The notes under the pieces were generated by a model. The model was not told the DNA's origin. It was given only the letters and a program-made list of their open reading frames with translations, and made no database searches. 64,000 nt of DNA from Christensenellales bacterium. Its GTDB lineage: Bacteria; Bacillota; Clostridia; Christensenellales; UBA3700. Both the position numbers and the translations under genes were made by a program. Below, piece by piece: positions 61,163-64,000 of this stretch. Each line of letters starts with the position of its first letter. Positions within the stretch are counted from its first letter, which is position 1. The DNA lies in assembly GCA_051883455.1 (NCBI GenBank), contig JBJETT010000002.1, positions 12,584-76,583 of the forward strand, read 5' to 3'.

Positions 61163-62266
61163 ATGGGCTTTTTGATTGAGGGTATCTCTGCAATCACGTG
61201 GCAACAAGTGGTGATGATAATTATCGGCTTGGTGCTCATAGTACTCGCCATAGTCAAAGAGATGGAACCTGCCTTGTTGTTGCCAATGGGTTTTGGCGCA
61301 ATAATGGTCAACCTTCCTTTGTCAACTTTGGCAGATAGTAACGGCATTATAGGTTGGCTGTTCAATATAGGTATAGACGGCGCTGAGGCCTTTCCGCTCT
61401 TGCTCTTTATCGGTATAGGCGCCATGATTGACTTCGGACCTTTGCTATCCAATCCCAAGCTATTCATATTCGGTGCGGGCGCGCAGTTCGGTATATTTGC
61501 CACGATAGTGCTGGCAACCTTGCTTGGCTTTAGCATGGCAGACGCCGCTTCGATAGGTATCATAGGCGCGGCAGATGGACCTACTTCGATATTCGTGGCC
61601 AACGCTTTGGGTAGCAATTATCTTGGAGCAATTACGGTAGTTGCCTATTCGTATATGGCGCTCGTGCCTATCATTCAACCTACCGTCATCAAACTCATTA
61701 CTACGGAAAAAGAACGCAAAATCCGTATGGAATACAATCCAAAGAAGGTAAGTAAACTCACCAAAATTCTTTTCCCTATCGTTGTAACGATAATTGCGGG
61801 CATCATTGCTCCAATGTCTATTTCGCTTGTCGGCTGTCTTATGTTCGGCAATCTCATCAGAGAGTGCGGAGTGCTTGACAACTTGTCGGAGACGGCGCAA
61901 AAGGTACTAGCCAACCTCATCACTTTGCTACTCGGTTTGACGATAGCGTCGCAGATGAAAGCGGAGTATTTCCTTAGAGTGCAGACCTTGATGATTATGG
62001 CTTTGGGACTTTGTGCATTCGTATTCGATACCGTTGCAGGTGTAATGCTCGCCAAGATTATGAACTTGTTTAGCAAAAAGAAAATCAACCCTATGATAGG
62101 CGCTGCGGGCATATCGGCATTCCCTATGTCGGCTCGTATCGTTCACAAAATGGGCTTAGAAGCCGACCCGCAAAATCACCTATTGATGCACTCGATAGGT
62201 TGCAACGTGTCGGGACAAATTGCCTCTGCGATTGCAGGCGGTGTAGTGCTTAGCATTTTGTTGTAA
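61163..62266 (+). CDS. oadB: Na+-translocating decarboxylase beta subunit (OadB/MmdB/GcdB family)
   Basis: GIIGAADGPT, AYSYMALVP, NPMIGAAGISAFPMSAR, GCNVSGQI. Confidence 0.93.
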   Translation: MGFLIEGISAITWQQVVMIIIGLVLIVLAIVKEMEPALLLPMGFGAIMVNLPLSTLADSNGIIGWLFNIGIDGAEAFPLLLFIGIGAMIDFGPLLSNPKLFIFGAGAQFGIFATIVLATLLGFSMADAASIGIIGAADGPTSIFVANALGSNYLGAITVVAYSYMALVPIIQPTVIKLITTEKERKIRMEYNPKKVSKLTKILFPIVVTIIAGIIAPMSISLVGCLMFGNLIRECGVLDNLSETAQKVLANLITLLLGLTIASQMKAEYFLRVQTLMIMALGLCAFVFDTVAGVMLAKIMNLFSKKKINPMIGAAGISAFPMSARIVHKMGLEADPQNHLLMHSIGCNVSGQIASAIAGGVVLSILL

Positions 62267-62276
62267 GGAGGGGCGT

Positions 62277-62555
62277 ATGAACAAAGAAGTCGTTTTGCAA
62301 GGATTAAACGTATTTTGGAAGGGCATGCTAGCCATCTTTATAGCTATCATCATTATTATGCTTGCGGTATACTTGTTGCAAAAGGTGTCGGAAGCCACCG
62401 ACAACGTAATTGCCAATCGCGCCGCTACGGCAGACGAAAGAGAGGCGAAGAAACAAGCCAAGAAGGCGGAGAGAGAAGAGAGAAAACTCGCTAAACAAGC
62501 TGCCAAGCAAGCCCAAAAAGTCCAAACTCCACCCGACGATACCACGGGCGCATAA
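62277..62555 (+). CDS. OadG-like small membrane-anchored subunit
   Basis: One N-terminal TM helix (GMLAIFIAIIIIMLAV) and an Ala/Lys/Glu-rich tail; AAGGAGG RBS; follows oadB. Confidence 0.7.
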   Translation: MNKEVVLQGLNVFWKGMLAIFIAIIIIMLAVYLLQKVSEATDNVIANRAATADEREAKKQAKKAEREERKLAKQAAKQAQKVQTPPDDTTGA

Positions 62556-62653
62556 AATATAACGTATTATAATTATTGAAAAAACTCGGGCGTGAGTCGA
62601 ATATATTGCGATTATATAACTTGGCGCAAAAATATGATACCAATAAGATAAAC

Positions 62654-62686
62654 AAAAAGGCTAAACGAACTTCGTTTAGCCTTTTT
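62654..62686. terminator. Bidirectional terminator
   Basis: aaaaaggctaaacgaa-c-ttcgtttagccttttt. Confidence 0.85.
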
Positions 62687-62698
62687 GATTTGTAGATT

Positions 62699-63631
62699 TT
62701 ATATTGCCCATAGGATATTTTTAGTTCTCAACACGTGGTCTTTTACCTTATCGTTGACGGCGTAGGCGTGCTTTTCTAGGTCGTTGCCGACTTCGCCGCT
62801 CAAGCCTTGTTTCGTCAGCTCTTTGGCGATATCGTCGCATATCTTTTCTATGATATCGACCTTGATTTTTACGCTTTGCTCGTCGTTAGGACTAGATATT
62901 AGATATTCTATATCCTTTGACAAACTAGGCAGTATATGCAATTCTCGCATAGCTCTAAACGACCACTTATAGTACGGCATATACTTTTTGTTTAGCAAAA
63001 ATATCACTTGCATTATACTCTTAACGCACTCGCCCACGGCAAGTTGAGCCGCACCCGTTTCGCCTCTTTTTGCACAGCGAGGGTAGTTATATTGTCCCGA
63101 TTGGTTGATAAGCAACAAGTTGCCCGCAAGTTTTTTTATTCTCACGTCGTCGGGGTAGTAGGCAAGTTTTTTTCTTATCTCGCTCATAAGTCCGAGGTTG
63201 TCCTCAAACAACTCGCCGTTGATAGTTTCCGCCAACGAGTATTCGGGGATATAGAACCACTGTTCGAGTGAAATATCAGCGCTATCAAAGCCGATTTTTT
63301 GCGTCAAAAAGTCGGATATTCTGATTATGCCCTGTCTATTACCGCCCACGGGACATACGATATTGCGCTTATATCCCTCCCACTCTCTAGGCAGAGAGCA
63401 GTACGTTCGCTCCAATTCAAATATTTGCTTAGCAGTCAATTCGTCGGGCACGAACACGCAAAATCCTAGCCCAAAGTCGTGGTCTTGCGATAGGGCGTCG
63501 TCGTAGCCGAAGCACTCCGACCCGCTACCCACTAGACCAAAGCAAAGGTTGTCGTAAACTTTGCCTAGGGCAGAAAAGGTAGGCTTGCCATATTTATAAA
63601 AAAATTCTTTGGACAGTTCAATCCCTTTCAT
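62699..63631 (-). CDS. DUF4037 domain protein (nucleotidyltransferase-like)
   Basis: MKGIELS, GLVGSGSECFGYDDALSQDHDFG, YYPDDVR, PYYKW. Confidence 0.8.
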   Translation of the reverse strand: MKGIELSKEFFYKYGKPTFSALGKVYDNLCFGLVGSGSECFGYDDALSQDHDFGLGFCVFVPDELTAKQIFELERTYCSLPREWEGYKRNIVCPVGGNRQGIIRISDFLTQKIGFDSADISLEQWFYIPEYSLAETINGELFEDNLGLMSEIRKKLAYYPDDVRIKKLAGNLLLINQSGQYNYPRCAKRGETGAAQLAVGECVKSIMQVIFLLNKKYMPYYKWSFRAMRELHILPSLSKDIEYLISSPNDEQSVKIKVDIIEKICDDIAKELTKQGLSGEVGNDLEKHAYAVNDKVKDHVLRTKNILWAI

Positions 63632-63998
63632 ATATCGCGGTATACCTTTTGATAAGTTGTTTTTCGTATATCACCCAGCCGTAGTAACCAAAGACCGAGG
63701 CACACTTTTCGCACACGAAGGTATAGTAGCCGTCGGTATCGTCCTTGTGCTTATCGAGTAGCTGAGAGGCTTTTTCAAGGCAGTCGTTGATATATTCTTC
63801 GCCTTGCGATAGACCGTATTGCACCTCGTGCATAGTTGCGAGATTTAGATAGCTTATTGCTTGCTCTAGAGCGCCTCTCGGTGCATCGTTGAGGATATCT
63901 ATGGCTTTTTCGTAGAGTTTTTTTGCTTGGTCAAATTCTTTTAGGTCGACGAGGGCCAGAGCGGTATTGTTGTATAGTCCCGCAATTCTCGGGTCGGT
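63618..63998 (-). CDS. TPR-repeat protein (5' end outside window)
   Basis: Frame is open to the window edge: AGLYNNTALALVDLKEFDQAKKLYEKAIDI...AISYLNLA; overlaps the DUF4037 start. Confidence 0.8.
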   Translation of the reverse strand, partial: TDPRIAGLYNNTALALVDLKEFDQAKKLYEKAIDILNDAPRGALEQAISYLNLATMHEVQYGLSQGEEYINDCLEKASQLLDKHKDDTDGYYTFVCEKCASVFGYYGWVIYEKQLIKRYTAIYERD

Positions 63999-64000
63999 AG

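Overview
64-kb chromosomal segment of a Gram-positive anaerobe. Gene content, AT-rich intergenic regions, near-consensus sigmaA promoters and strong Shine-Dalgarno sites point to an uncultured gut-type Clostridia lineage; this taxonomy is inference. I support 53 CDS (41 on +, 12 on -) and found no rRNA, tRNA, CRISPR array, prophage or intact transposase. Main content: ftsH (5'-truncated), nrdG-nrdD-trxB, GH2 and GH35 beta-galactosidases, bioY, citrate synthase, nagB, a CDF metal exporter, split transketolase, desulfoferrodoxin, purC, a CofE-like ligase, metG-tatD-radical SAM-rsmA, uraA-upp, a trimeric HydABC [FeFe]-hydrogenase, an ABC transporter, an L-fucose cluster plus a distant fucO, a starch/galactoside cluster, three lipoproteins, uppP, oadB-oadG-like genes and a TPR/DUF4037 pair. 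Reading the non-coding DNA gave the most notable signals. (1) A yybP-ykoY (Mn2+)-type riboswitch with an overlapping terminator sits in front of a Na+-translocating decarboxylase beta/gamma pair rather than a Mn exporter. (2) A near-palindromic motif AAAA(C/G)TCGATACGT(G/A)TC occurs 8 times, in both coding and intergenic DNA. (3) The class III ribonucleotide reductase has redoxin-type active-site residues, a fused C-terminal CPNC redoxin domain and an adjacent thioredoxin reductase. (4) A NiCo/czcD riboswitch precedes the CDF gene. (5) A MalQ-pullulanase fusion is clustered with a stand-alone CBM20 protein. All calls were made by eye from motifs; no database searches were run.
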